From contig JAUWGP010000001.1 of assembly GCA_030606335.1 (NCBI GenBank), positions 30,792-94,791 of the forward strand: a stretch of DNA of 64,000 bases, read 5' to 3'. Source of the stretch: a candidate division WOR-3 bacterium. GTDB lineage: Bacteria; Hydrothermota; UBA3073. How positions within the stretch are numbered: position 1 is the first letter of the stretch; each line of letters opens with the position of its first letter. Below the pieces are notes generated by a model. That model was given only the letters and a program-made list of their open reading frames with translations, had not been told where the DNA came from and searched no databases. The translations under genes and the position numbers were made by a program. Shown one piece after another: positions 18,638 through 27,828 of the stretch.

Positions 18638-19930
18638 CTATTTCCTCAATCTCAACTTTGCAAGTTTAATATTATGAACAATGGGTCTTCTCGCTGGGCA
18701 AATATATTCACAGCTCCCACATTCCATACAATCTAGCACTCCCAGTTCCTTTGCATTTGAAAAATCACCACTCTCTATATATGCCAGAATCTTTGTTGGC
18801 ATAAGATTCATCGGACATACATTGATACACCTACCACATTTTATGCAGGCTGTTCTAACAAGAGAATTTGTCTCTTCTTTAAAGACGAGGATACCTGTAG
18901 TTCCCTTAACAACAGGAACATCATCAGTATATTGCGATATACCCATCATTGGTCCACCTGATATAAGTTTATAGGGTATACCAAGATACCCACCCGCCTT
19001 TTCTATCAATTCCTTAAATGGCGTACCAATCCTTACCTTGAAATTAGACGGTCTTTTTACAGCACCTGTAACAGTAACAGCACGTTCAATAAGGGGTTTG
19101 TTATACTTCACTGCCTCATAAACAGCAAGTGCTGTGCCTACATTCTGGACACATACACCTACATCCACGGGTAATCCCCCTGTTGGTACCTCTTCCTCAG
19201 TTATTGCCCATATTAATTGTTTCTCAGCACCTTCAGGATATTTTGTTATTAGTGTAATGATTTCAAAGTCATACCTTCCAACTATCTTTTCCATCTTCCT
19301 TATGGCTTCGGGTTTATTCTCTTCTATAGCAATAATACACCTTTTTACTCCGATTGTCCGTGCTATCAGTCTTCCACCAAGGAGGATGTCCTCAGGTCTT
19401 TCTACCATCAGACGGTAGTCACAGGTAAGATAAGGCTCACACTCTGAGCCATTTAGAATAAGTGTATCATACTGTTTTCCCTTTGGGGGAGACATCTTAA
19501 CATGTGTGGGAAAGGCAGCACCCCCAAGTCCTACTATACCTGCTTCTTTGACAATTTCTATTATATCACCACCCGAGATGGATTCAATATCTCTGTCACT
19601 AACATTTTCCCACTCATCCTTACCATCATTGGTTATAAATACAGATAGTATCTCTCCACCTGATGGATGTGGATGTGTATCTATCTTTTTTACCTCACCA
19701 GATACAGGAGAATGTATATTGGCAGATATGAATCCCGTTATCTCACCTATCTTTGTTCCTATATGTACTTTGCTTCCTTTTTCGACTATGGGTTTTGAGG
19801 GTGAGCCAGTATGCTGGGAAAGAGGAACAATGATCTCATCTGGAGGTTGGATCGCGGTGATCTTTTTATCTTCTGTAATAGATTTGTTTTCTTTGGGATG
19901 GATGCCGCCTGGGAAAGTATACCTTTTCAT
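18638..19930 (-). CDS. rnfC: Rnf/Rsx electron transport complex subunit C
   Basis: GGIHP, GIVGLGGAAFPTHVK, ECEPYLTCD, GGPMMG, two CxxCxxCxxxCP ferredoxin motifs. Confidence 0.96.
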   Translation of the reverse strand: MKRYTFPGGIHPKENKSITEDKKITAIQPPDEIIVPLSQHTGSPSKPIVEKGSKVHIGTKIGEITGFISANIHSPVSGEVKKIDTHPHPSGGEILSVFITNDGKDEWENVSDRDIESISGGDIIEIVKEAGIVGLGGAAFPTHVKMSPPKGKQYDTLILNGSECEPYLTCDYRLMVERPEDILLGGRLIARTIGVKRCIIAIEENKPEAIRKMEKIVGRYDFEIITLITKYPEGAEKQLIWAITEEEVPTGGLPVDVGVCVQNVGTALAVYEAVKYNKPLIERAVTVTGAVKRPSNFKVRIGTPFKELIEKAGGYLGIPYKLISGGPMMGISQYTDDVPVVKGTTGILVFKEETNSLVRTACIKCGRCINVCPMNLMPTKILAYIESGDFSNAKELGVLDCMECGSCEYICPARRPIVHNIKLAKLRLRK

Positions 19931-19938
19931 AGAGTGCG

Positions 19939-19967
19939 ATTATAACATAAAAACCAACCTATGTCAA
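19939..19967 (-). promoter_or_regulatory. Sigma70-type promoter for rnfC
   Basis: TTGACA-N17-TATAAT with TG extension; -10 ends 8 nt before the ATG. Confidence 0.7.
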
Positions 19968-20035
19968 GGAAAAAAATCATCGGATATGAGTCAACAAATA
20001 GGACAAATCAACGGATTAAGTGGATTAAACGGATG

Positions 20036-20335
20036 TTACCCTCCTGATTTCAATTTAAATATAATATCTATTATGTGTTCTCCCCCCATTTTTTTATTTA
20101 ATTTTTTTAATATTTCTGATTTTAGGAAGGAGAGTTGTTGTATCCATACAGGATCATCAACATCAACCCATATTCTCTTACCTCGTACATATCTGGGTTT
20201 GGTATGTTTCCTTATGTCTCTTCCAACAACTCTGTCCCAAACAAATAGTGCCTTCTGACGCTCGATTTTCTTCTTTAATCCAAGGGAAGATAGTACATTT
20301 GGGATAACATCTCTTATTAAAATAGGTCGTGACAT
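20036..20335 (-). CDS. DUF721 / DciA-like protein
   Basis: Likely start MSRPILIRDVI; WDRVVGRDI..HTKP..IWVDVDDPVWIQQL pattern. Confidence 0.8.
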   Translation of the reverse strand: MSRPILIRDVIPNVLSSLGLKKKIERQKALFVWDRVVGRDIRKHTKPRYVRGKRIWVDVDDPVWIQQLSFLKSEILKKLNKKMGGEHIIDIIFKLKSGG

Positions 20336-20345
20336 GGTTTTATCT

Positions 20346-20705
20346 TTAGGACGCAGATGCTCGCAGATTTTCAAGATTTTCTTTATTTCTTTTTCTTTGA
20401 TTATCAAAAGCTTTTCTTTTAATCTCAGGCTCAGGTCCGAAATTAAGTAAAAGACCTACTTCAATATCGGTTGCCCTTAAATAGTTTAATAGTTGCGCTT
20501 CGCTATCCTTAATCAACTTTTTGGTGGCTTTAATTTCTACCAATACTTTATTATCAACCAATATATCAGCACTATATTCTCCTATAATTTCTCTGTCGTC
20601 ATAATACACCTTTATAGGAATTTGTGATATAGCGGGTATTCCTTCTTTTTTAAACTCTATCATTAAGGCATTTTCATATACTTTCTCCAAAAACCCATAA
20701 CCCAA
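20346..20705 (-). CDS. GxxExxY protein (PD-(D/E)xK superfamily); 5' end possibly disrupted
   Basis: GFLEKVYENAL, ADILVDNKVLVEIKA, QLLNYLRAT..GLLLNFG; family-like sequence extends in frame to ~20789 (NAEKQDNDFKYKELTAKII) with no ATG. Confidence 0.85.
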   Translation of the reverse strand: MGYGFLEKVYENALMIEFKKEGIPAISQIPIKVYYDDREIIGEYSADILVDNKVLVEIKATKKLIKDSEAQLLNYLRATDIEVGLLLNFGPEPEIKRKAFDNQRKRNKENLENLRASAS

Positions 20706-20790
20706 CTTGTTATAAACCCTATAAAAAATCTCTATGATTTTTGCAGTTAATTCTTTATACTTAAAGTCATTATCTTGTTTTTCTGCGTTT

Positions 20791-20854
20791 ACCCTGTTAA
20801 ATAGAACTGTTTTATTAACTCTCTAATATTTATAGTAACATTATTTAACAGGGT
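20791..20854. mobile_element. 64-bp MITE-like insertion with 13-bp terminal inverted repeats
   Basis: ACCCTGTTAAATA..TATTTAACAGGGT interrupts the ACGCAGA repeat at the GxxExxY 5' end; related short copy at ~27760-27792. Confidence 0.6.
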
Positions 20855-20898
20855 GAATCTGCGTCCTAATTACATATGTATCTAATTTTTATCGATTA

Positions 20899-22245
20899 TT
20901 ATCTTATTAGAGTCAGCATTCTTCTGGCAATCTCAAAATAAATGCCAAGCGATATAACATCCATTATTGTAGTTAAAAATGGTCCTGACATAAGCGCCGG
21001 GTCAAGCTTCAACTTCTTGAAAAAAAGAGGTAAAAAACCACCAAGTGCTGTGGCTATCGCAACAGAAATAATCATGGTAGAACCAACGATAAACCCCACA
21101 GGAGAACCTCCTCCTGTAATAATTGCCCTTACTGCTGTAAGAAACCCGAGACCTAAGCCTACAAGTGCGCCAGTAAGGAACTCCCTACCAACAACCCTCC
21201 ATATATCCGATATCTTTACATCCCCGATTGCTATACCTCTCACTACGACAGCAGCAGCCTGTGTTCCTGCATTACCCCCTGTGCCCATTAAAACAGGTAT
21301 AAAACTTGCCAGAATAAGCATCAACTGAAGCGTTGATGAATAATACTCTATAACAAAACCTGATACAAATCCTGCGAAAACAAGTATAAGGAGCCAGGTT
21401 GCTCGCCTTTTCGCTGTTCCAAGTATACCTGCCGAGAAGTAACTATTAGGTGGATTCCCTGCAGCACCAAAGTGATACATATCTTCTGTATCCTCCTCCT
21501 CTATTACATCTATCACATCATCAACTGTAATAATTCCCTTTATAACCCCCTTTTTGTCTACTACAGGCATAGTAGTCACATCATATTTCGAAAAAAGGGA
21601 AACTACCTTTTCCTGATTACGGTCAATCTGGGTCTTTAAAATACCACCTTTCATAATTTTTCCTATTTGCTCTTCAGGTTTGTGCATTATAAGGTCTCTC
21701 ATTGTTATGAATCCAATGGGTCGCTCATGTCTATTCAGTACATAGATATCATAGACAAAATCAACGTCCTTCGCTGTCTCACGAATTTCCTTCACTGCAT
21801 CTCCAACAGTCATCCACTTATACACAGCAACATAATCAGTGGTCATAAGTCCGCCAGCAGTATCAGATGGATATGATAAAAGCTCCTTAACATCCTCTGC
21901 CTCCTCTTTCTCCATTATAGAAAGGTAGTATTTCTTGTGTTTTTCGTCCAGTTTTTCAAATAGGTCAGCACGTTCATCAGATGCCATTCGGTTGAGGATA
22001 GCAATCTTCTTCTTCCTGTCTATAACCTCGAGTATCTGGTTTTCTTTTTCCTCATCAAGCTGTTCAAATACGTCTATTGCGAGCTCAAAAGGCAGGAGAT
22101 TGAACACGTATAATATCTCTGGGATAGGAATTTGGTCAAAGATTTCCGCAATATCCTGCGGACTTACCTCAGTAAGAACATCCATTATGTCCTTATCTGC
22201 CCTATCCTCTATTAAATCTCTTATACCAGGAAGTAATATCGGCAT
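20899..22245 (-). CDS. mgtE: Magnesium transporter MgtE
   Basis: YPSDTAGGLMTTDY, CBS pair, GIITVDDVIDV, GGNAGTQ, DPALMSGPFLTTIMD. Confidence 0.96.
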   Translation of the reverse strand: MPILLPGIRDLIEDRADKDIMDVLTEVSPQDIAEIFDQIPIPEILYVFNLLPFELAIDVFEQLDEEKENQILEVIDRKKKIAILNRMASDERADLFEKLDEKHKKYYLSIMEKEEAEDVKELLSYPSDTAGGLMTTDYVAVYKWMTVGDAVKEIRETAKDVDFVYDIYVLNRHERPIGFITMRDLIMHKPEEQIGKIMKGGILKTQIDRNQEKVVSLFSKYDVTTMPVVDKKGVIKGIITVDDVIDVIEEEDTEDMYHFGAAGNPPNSYFSAGILGTAKRRATWLLILVFAGFVSGFVIEYYSSTLQLMLILASFIPVLMGTGGNAGTQAAAVVVRGIAIGDVKISDIWRVVGREFLTGALVGLGLGFLTAVRAIITGGGSPVGFIVGSTMIISVAIATALGGFLPLFFKKLKLDPALMSGPFLTTIMDVISLGIYFEIARRMLTLIR

Positions 22246-22258
22246 AGCTTAAAACAAA

Positions 22259-22282
22259 TGGGGTCTTTTATAAAAGACCCCA
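22259..22282 (-). terminator. Perfect 24-bp palindrome, terminator-like, between tRNA-Asp and mgtE
   Basis: TGGGGTCTTTTATAAAAGACCCCA followed on minus strand by TTTGTTTT. Confidence 0.5.
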
Positions 22283-22424
22283 CTATAGTATCTAAATGTT
22301 ACCTTCAATGTCCTGAGAAAATTCAAGAAAATTAATCCACATGCAATAGACCAACTACAATCTGTTTTAACTCTGGACATCTGAATTTTAACATTATATA
22401 AATTTTAAATCTCGTGTTTAAATG

Positions 22425-22500
22425 CGGGGCCGACCGGACTCGAACCGGCGACCTCTGGCTTGACAGGCCAGCGTTCTTACCAAAACTGAACTACGACCCC
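22425..22500 (-). tRNA. tRNA-Asp(GTC)
   Basis: Cloverleaf GGGGTCG..CGGCCCC acceptor stem, anticodon arm CTGGC-CTGTCAA-GCCAG, T-loop TTCGAGT; full CCA not encoded. Confidence 0.97.
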
Positions 22501-22517
22501 TTATTTTCACTGAACTA

Positions 22518-22546
22518 ATTATAACATAAATATCAATTTTTGTCAA
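22518..22546 (-). promoter_or_regulatory. Sigma70-type promoter for tRNA-Asp
   Basis: TTGACA-N17-TATAAT with TG extension. Confidence 0.75.
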
Positions 22547-22674
22547 GAAAAAATTGATTATAAACAACACATATAACCCTTAATTTTAAAATGGTTCTTT
22601 AACCCCCTACTCAATTCTTTATTAACGTAGAAGAATTACCAATGACAAATAACTAATGACAAATAACTGAGTTG

Positions 22675-22730
22675 GTAGGAGTCCGTCGTTTGACGGACGA
22701 TAATTTGTAGGAGTAACCTCCTGGTTGCGA
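22675..22730 (+). repeat. GTAG-type REP-like units
   Basis: GTAGGAGTCCGTCGTTTGACGGACGATAAT (identical 30-mer at 42601-42630 reverse and 50958-50987) plus a variant GTAGGAGTAACC..GGTTGCGA. Confidence 0.8.
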
Positions 22731-22746
22731 ATTTTTTCTACCCCTG

Positions 22747-22884
22747 GTCAGGCAGGAGTCACGCTTGAGACAATCATAATCATTTCTATTCCAGTGCCAG
22801 AGATAAAAAGTAGCCTGTCCCTTTAATTTCCCCTAAGTGTTATATATTTTTTCTTGACTTTTCCTCCATTTGATGATATAATAT
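22747..22884 (+). repeat. ~140-bp direct repeat, copy 1, containing promoter TTGACT-N17-TATAAT (22854-22882)
   Basis: Aligns by eye with 24367-24505; the 3' ~70 bp are nearly identical. Confidence 0.8.
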
Positions 22885-23159
22885 AACAGACAACAGGTAA
22901 AGTGCATTCATAATGAGAATATGTGATTACTTATAAATCTACTAAAAATGTATAGAATACAGGATATGATACTATATTGTTTACACTAAAGGTAGAAACT
23001 ATGAAATCTCTTAAAACTTTAGGCAAAGTAAGGGGAGAAATCCAATCTACTATAAAATAAGCAGGTGTTTCCCGACTTATAAGTGTGATTTTCGTTTTAA
23101 GTCGGATATTGACGACTTAGTACTTAAATTTGGATTTAAGTCGGAGACTGGAGACTTAA

Positions 23160-24308
23160 ATGAATAAAAAAACTGGAAGGTATGTAAAACAAACGGAAGG
23201 ATACAAGGCATTTATCCCTGCATTACTGCCTCCCAAGCCTTCTGTTAAATTTAGCAGTGAATTGCAAACCTTGCTCTCAAAGGCAGATAGAGCACTTGCA
23301 AGGTTGGACGGGGTGGTTACAGTCTTACCCAATCCAGATCTTTTTATTGCAATGTATGTTAAAAAAGAGGCTCTTTTGAGTTCACAAATAGAGGGAACTC
23401 AGGCATCACTTGAAGGTGTTCTGGAATTTGAGGCTGATTTAACACCAAAGGAAGATATAGATGATATTAAGGAGGTTGTAAATTATATCAAGGCATTAGA
23501 CTATGGAATAAAAAAACTGAAAAAATTTCCAATGTCTCTAAGACTTATTAAAGAAATACACAAGATTTTAATCAAGGGAACAAGGGGAACGCATAAAACC
23601 CCAGGCGAATTTAGAAGAACGCAAAACTGGATTGGACCTCCTGGAGCTTCATTAAATGAAGCTACCTTTGTGCCACCACCGCCTGGTATGGTATTAGAAC
23701 TTATGGGAAATCTGGAGAAATTTATTCACGGTAAAGACAACATTCCACCACTTATCAAAATTGCTCTTATCCATTCCCAATTTGAAACAATACATCCATT
23801 CCTTGATGGTAATGGTAGAATTGGTAGGCTTCTCATAACTTTTTATTTATACTGGAGGAATATACTATCAAAACCTCTCTTGTATCTTAGTTTCTATTTT
23901 AAAAAGAATAGAGCAGAGTATTACGATTTGCTGATGAAGGTGAGAAAAGAAGACGTATGGGAAGAGTGGATAAAATTTTTTTTGAAAGGTATAGGTGAAG
24001 TTTCAGAAGAGGCAACAAATACTGCAAGGAAAATAATCAAATTAAAAGACGACCTGATAACAAAACTTTATGAAAATTCTATATCAAGTATCTATGCTGT
24101 AAAACTAATAGATTTACTCTTTAAAAACCCAGTGATTGATGTAAAAAATATAGTTGAAGAGTTAAATACCCACAGAGATACTGCGAATGAATTGGTTAAA
24201 AGATTTGAAAAGATTGGAATTCTAAAAGAAATAACAGGTAAGCAAAGATATAAAAAATACATATTCAGCGATTATGTAGATATTATAAAAAAAGGAACTG
24301 AACTATGA
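23160..24308 (+). CDS. Fic family protein (Fic_N, Fic core, C-terminal HTH-like region)
   Basis: EALLSSQIEGT, PGEFRRTQNWIG, catalytic HPFLDGNGRIGR. Confidence 0.95.
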   Translation: MNKKTGRYVKQTEGYKAFIPALLPPKPSVKFSSELQTLLSKADRALARLDGVVTVLPNPDLFIAMYVKKEALLSSQIEGTQASLEGVLEFEADLTPKEDIDDIKEVVNYIKALDYGIKKLKKFPMSLRLIKEIHKILIKGTRGTHKTPGEFRRTQNWIGPPGASLNEATFVPPPPGMVLELMGNLEKFIHGKDNIPPLIKIALIHSQFETIHPFLDGNGRIGRLLITFYLYWRNILSKPLLYLSFYFKKNRAEYYDLLMKVRKEDVWEEWIKFFLKGIGEVSEEATNTARKIIKLKDDLITKLYENSISSIYAVKLIDLLFKNPVIDVKNIVEELNTHRDTANELVKRFEKIGILKEITGKQRYKKYIFSDYVDIIKKGTEL

Positions 24309-24366
24309 ACAAAAATAAGCAATACGGTAAACCAGCAAGCAATTGTAACAGCGGAACTTCCCAGTC

Positions 24367-24505
24367 GTCAGGTAGGGGTCCCACCGGTTGTGAGCGTAAT
24401 CGTCTCCACTCCAGTGCCGGGGAGAAAAATATAGCCGGTCCCTCTAATTTCCCCGAAGTGTTATATATTTTTTCTTGACTTTTTCTCCATTTGATGATAT
24501 AATAT
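24367..24505 (+). repeat. ~140-bp direct repeat, copy 2, containing promoter TTGACT-N17-TATAAT (24475-24503)
   Basis: See 22747-22884. Confidence 0.8.
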
Positions 24506-24588
24506 GACATAGGTGGAACATACTTAAATGGATTTATGAGTGAACTCCAGTTTTGATATAATACATTATCTGAAATTCGGCGAAAGAG

Positions 24589-24867
24589 GTGATGAGAATG
24601 ATAACCAAAAGGGATAAAAATATAATCTTACAGTATGCTAAAAAATATAATGTTTCTCATGTCATATTATTTGGCTCCTCAATAAGAGAAGACAAAGATG
24701 CCAATGATATAGACATAGGGGTAAAGGGAATTGACCCTCGGTTATTCTTCAAATTTTATGCTGAGTTATTTAAACATTTATCAAAGCCTGTTGATCTTAT
24801 TGACCTTTCCAAGAAATCATTATTTAATGAGCTTGTAGAAGAAACTGGGGTAAGAATTTATGGATAA
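24589..24867 (+). CDS. Minimal nucleotidyltransferase (MNT/MntA-like antitoxin)
   Basis: LFGSS..NDIDIGV..VDLIDL; overlaps the HEPN gene; start may be ATG 24598. Confidence 0.88.
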   Translation: MMRMITKRDKNIILQYAKKYNVSHVILFGSSIREDKDANDIDIGVKGIDPRLFFKFYAELFKHLSKPVDLIDLSKKSLFNELVEETGVRIYG

Positions 24868-25282
24868 ACTAACCAAGCAAATTCTTGCAGAAAAAGAGAA
24901 TATTGAGACAGCATTGACTAATCTTAAAGATGCCATAGCGAGAAAAGAGAAATCAGTTATTGAATTAGCAGCTATTGGTACATTTCTTCATAATATCTAT
25001 ACTGGTATAGAAAATATTTTGAAACAAATTCTGCATACAAAAGATGTTGAGATCCCTAAGTCTAATACCTGGCATAAAGACTTACTAAACCTTTCAGTAT
25101 CTATGGGTATTATTTCAGAGAAGCTATCTGATAGACTTTATGAGTACCTAACTTTTAGACATTTTTTCGTTCATGCGTATGGATTTACACTTGAGGAGAC
25201 TCACTTAGAAGATTTAACCAATAACATTCCAGAGATTTGGTTACAGTTTCTACAAGAAATAGAGAACTCTCTGAAGGTGTAG
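24860..25282 (+). CDS. HEPN / DUF86-like ribonuclease toxin (HepT-like)
   Basis: LHNIYTGIENIL, WHKDLL, RHFFVHAY (Rx4HxY). Confidence 0.88.
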   Translation: MDKLTKQILAEKENIETALTNLKDAIARKEKSVIELAAIGTFLHNIYTGIENILKQILHTKDVEIPKSNTWHKDLLNLSVSMGIISEKLSDRLYEYLTFRHFFVHAYGFTLEETHLEDLTNNIPEIWLQFLQEIENSLKV

Positions 25283-25414
25283 AAGACTGGTATCAGTTCT
25301 TCATAACTTTTTAAAATGCTAAAAGTCGCAAGGAACACTCTATAATTAACAGAAGGTTATCGGAAGGTTCATTTATTACGTCCTAAAATGATGCAGTGCA
25401 AATGCGGTGCAAAT

Positions 25415-25505
25415 GAAAGTGACAGAATGGTTTTGAATGATCTAACAGATTTAGTTAAGAAAGGAATTTTTACAAAGAAAGGAAAGACAAAGGGTTTTGT
25501 TATGT
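25415..25505 (+). pseudogene. Fragment of a C-terminal HTH domain
   Basis: Reads SDRMVLNDLTDLVKKGIFTKKGKTKG with no intact upstream ORF. Confidence 0.4.
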
Positions 25506-25545
25506 AAAAAAAGGTAGTCACAGGTTAATGTCTGCGACTACCTTT
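25506..25545 (-). terminator. Intrinsic terminator between convergent units
   Basis: AAAGGTAGTCACAG-loop-CTGCGACTACCTTT with U-tract on minus strand. Confidence 0.65.
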
Positions 25546-25606
25546 ACACAATTCTGCATAACTTATGCACCGATGCAATGTCGGAGCGGCTACCAAATCA
25601 AAAGAC

Positions 25607-26434
25607 TTATGGTACAATCCTAACACCACGGGCTCGTGGAGAGTTGTCGAAGACCTGAATCACATGGAATATCATCACTATAGACTTGCGAGGTGCCTCT
25701 CCATGAAAGTAGTCATGAATCATATTTACGTACTTGCATATATCCCGCTCCTCTTCAGAAGCAGTTTCATCATCTGGATGCACAAGCCGACAAATTGCCC
25801 TTACCTCATAACTTGGTATATCCAGAAACACTACTGCAACAGCAGGATTTGCCATGATGTTAAGGAAGGTATGGGTTTGGAAATCCGGGGTACTATATAA
25901 TTCAAGTGATGAAAGTTTTGTTAGTTCGACCATATCTTCAGTCTCATAAAAGCCTATCAGTATGTCAATCTTTTCAGTCATAGGAGCATCCCAGGTCTCC
26001 TCAAGAGTCTTCATTATATCCTTTATCTTCTCTTTCTTTGGCACAAGTCCAGTTCCCTTTACTGCATTATTTATGGAAAATTCTGTGTCTTTTCTCGTGC
26101 CACCGTATGAGGCAACCATACCAGAATGAGGACCAGCAAAACCAGGCATCACCATCTTCTTAATCTCCTCAAGATCCTTCAATCTTGTTGATAGATTCCA
26201 CTCCATAAACCCATCAGGTAGTTTCCTTATCTCGAATTCCTGCCATTTGCCATCAACCTCTGCCTTTATTATACCTTCCTCATACCTTGACATATCTATA
26301 TGTGGTTGTATAAACATATTATCCTTCCAGTAATTTACATCTACACTCTCAACACATTTACTACTTTCTGTACATGAAAGAAATACAACCAATAGAAATA
26401 ATAGCGATAAGAACGGACCTGTATACTTCCTCAT
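25607..26434 (-). CDS. Lipoprotein with possible pyridoxamine-5'-phosphate-oxidase-like (split-barrel) domain
   Basis: Start MRKYTGPFLSLLFLLVVFLS-C with GGGGG RBS; HTFLNIMANPAVAVVF..SYEVRA..VFDNSP resembles the FMN split-barrel family. Confidence 0.6.
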   Translation of the reverse strand: MRKYTGPFLSLLFLLVVFLSCTESSKCVESVDVNYWKDNMFIQPHIDMSRYEEGIIKAEVDGKWQEFEIRKLPDGFMEWNLSTRLKDLEEIKKMVMPGFAGPHSGMVASYGGTRKDTEFSINNAVKGTGLVPKKEKIKDIMKTLEETWDAPMTEKIDILIGFYETEDMVELTKLSSLELYSTPDFQTHTFLNIMANPAVAVVFLDIPSYEVRAICRLVHPDDETASEEERDICKYVNMIHDYFHGEAPRKSIVMIFHVIQVFDNSPRARGVRIVP

Positions 26435-26617
26435 AATAACCCCCATAAGATAAATTAAGAAATTAGATATCAAAATCATAGCCACAGATTACACAGATTT
26501 TTTAACAAGAATTACACGAATAAATTTTATTCGTGATAATTTGTCTAATTCGTAGTATTTGTGTTCTTATTATCTTGTGTAATCAGTGAAATCCGTGGCT
26601 TTTTTGGAATTTCGATA

Positions 26618-27559
26618 TCACTTCAGTACAAGTATCCTTCTGGTTATTTCTCCATAATCCGTTGAAAGATGAAGAAAATATATTCCATTCGCAATATCTG
26701 TCCTTTCCCATACTGTTGAGTAGTTACCTGCATTCATGTTGCCATCGTAAAGTGAAGTGACTTCTTGACCTTGTATATTGTAGACCTTGAGTGTCACATT
26801 CGTTTTTTTAGGAATTGTGTAGTTCACCAATACATTTTCTATTGCCGGAGTTGGGTATGCATTGAGAAGGATGTTGTCTACGACGTATACATCCTCTTCT
26901 ATTCCCATCTCTTCCGTTACTATTATGTCGTCACAGAGCACGGAATCTGTTCCCATGGAAAAACAATAGACACCGAAAAATCCTCTCTCAGAGCCCACAT
27001 CTGTAAATGGACAGTCAGGAAGTTCTATATCATCAAAATACGCCCATATCTGATCACCTATCAATGTTAATTTTAATTTGTGCCAACCACTTACTGTTGG
27101 TACACCTCCTGGTATCTCGTCACCTACCCACGTACGAATCACATTGGGAGTGGCACTCTCATTAAAGGAAAGTCTTATCCTTTGTGTGTTGTCAAAATCG
27201 CATATTAACGCATAGTAATATCTTGTTGTAGTATCCCAGCGGGCAACTAAACCCTGATATGGTCCCATACTTGGTCTTACTGCTGTATATATATCTGCCT
27301 CAATAGAGTAGTCCTTAAGAAGACTTGCGCCGGCTAAGGCAGTTCCTACCATACCTGCATTTGACAGATAACCTACCCATCCATCATTACTTGGATTTCC
27401 GGTGACAGCCTTAACAGTCATATCATTTCCCAGACCCCAGCCATCAAACCAGTCCAGTGTAAGGTTGCCATCTGTGAAGTACTCCTCAAATAATATCTGC
27501 CCGGCGCTTATCGAAACACAAAGCACCAGTGTAATAACGATGCCAATGAACCTATACAT
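26618..27559 (-). CDS. Secreted beta-sandwich (ConA/DUF1080-like) protein with T9SS type A sorting domain
   Basis: Signal peptide; WHKLKLTLIGDQIWAYFDD; CTD GIEE..AYPTP..VTLKVYNIQGQEV..NGIYFLHL..RRILVLK. Confidence 0.85.
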   Translation of the reverse strand: MYRFIGIVITLVLCVSISAGQILFEEYFTDGNLTLDWFDGWGLGNDMTVKAVTGNPSNDGWVGYLSNAGMVGTALAGASLLKDYSIEADIYTAVRPSMGPYQGLVARWDTTTRYYYALICDFDNTQRIRLSFNESATPNVIRTWVGDEIPGGVPTVSGWHKLKLTLIGDQIWAYFDDIELPDCPFTDVGSERGFFGVYCFSMGTDSVLCDDIIVTEEMGIEEDVYVVDNILLNAYPTPAIENVLVNYTIPKKTNVTLKVYNIQGQEVTSLYDGNMNAGNYSTVWERTDIANGIYFLHLSTDYGEITRRILVLK

Positions 27560-27828
27560 ATGCACCCCCTTGATTCAAACAACAAAAAATCAAAAAAACT
27601 TATGATCCTTTATATTCCTCGTTTAACGTTATCGAAACTGGTATCGAGGCTCGAACTTTTGATGCTCGAAGCTCGTCTAACTACGGAACTCATGTTGAAT
27701 GTCTTTTTCCAGTTTCAAGATTCCAGCTTCGAGTTTCGTTACGAGTTTCGCTACCGTTTATCCTGTGAAATTTCCTTCTATTTAACGGGGACAACCCAGT
27801 TTCGTTACCTTTTTTACGAAGTCCGGTT

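Noticed and set aside
19506-20258. 250-aa plus-strand ORF and other antisense ORFs within long genes
   Set aside because: Shadow frames of well-supported opposite-strand genes, with no motifs
20336-20407. N-terminal extension of DUF721 given by the ORF track (likewise extended starts at 26485, 31981, 51048)
   Set aside because: Extensions overlap neighbouring genes or repeats; downstream ATGs fit domain or signal-peptide starts better
22425-25545. tRNA-Asp-anchored genomic island
   Set aside because: Accessory genes lie on the tRNA 5' side; no duplicated tRNA 3' end or integrase seen
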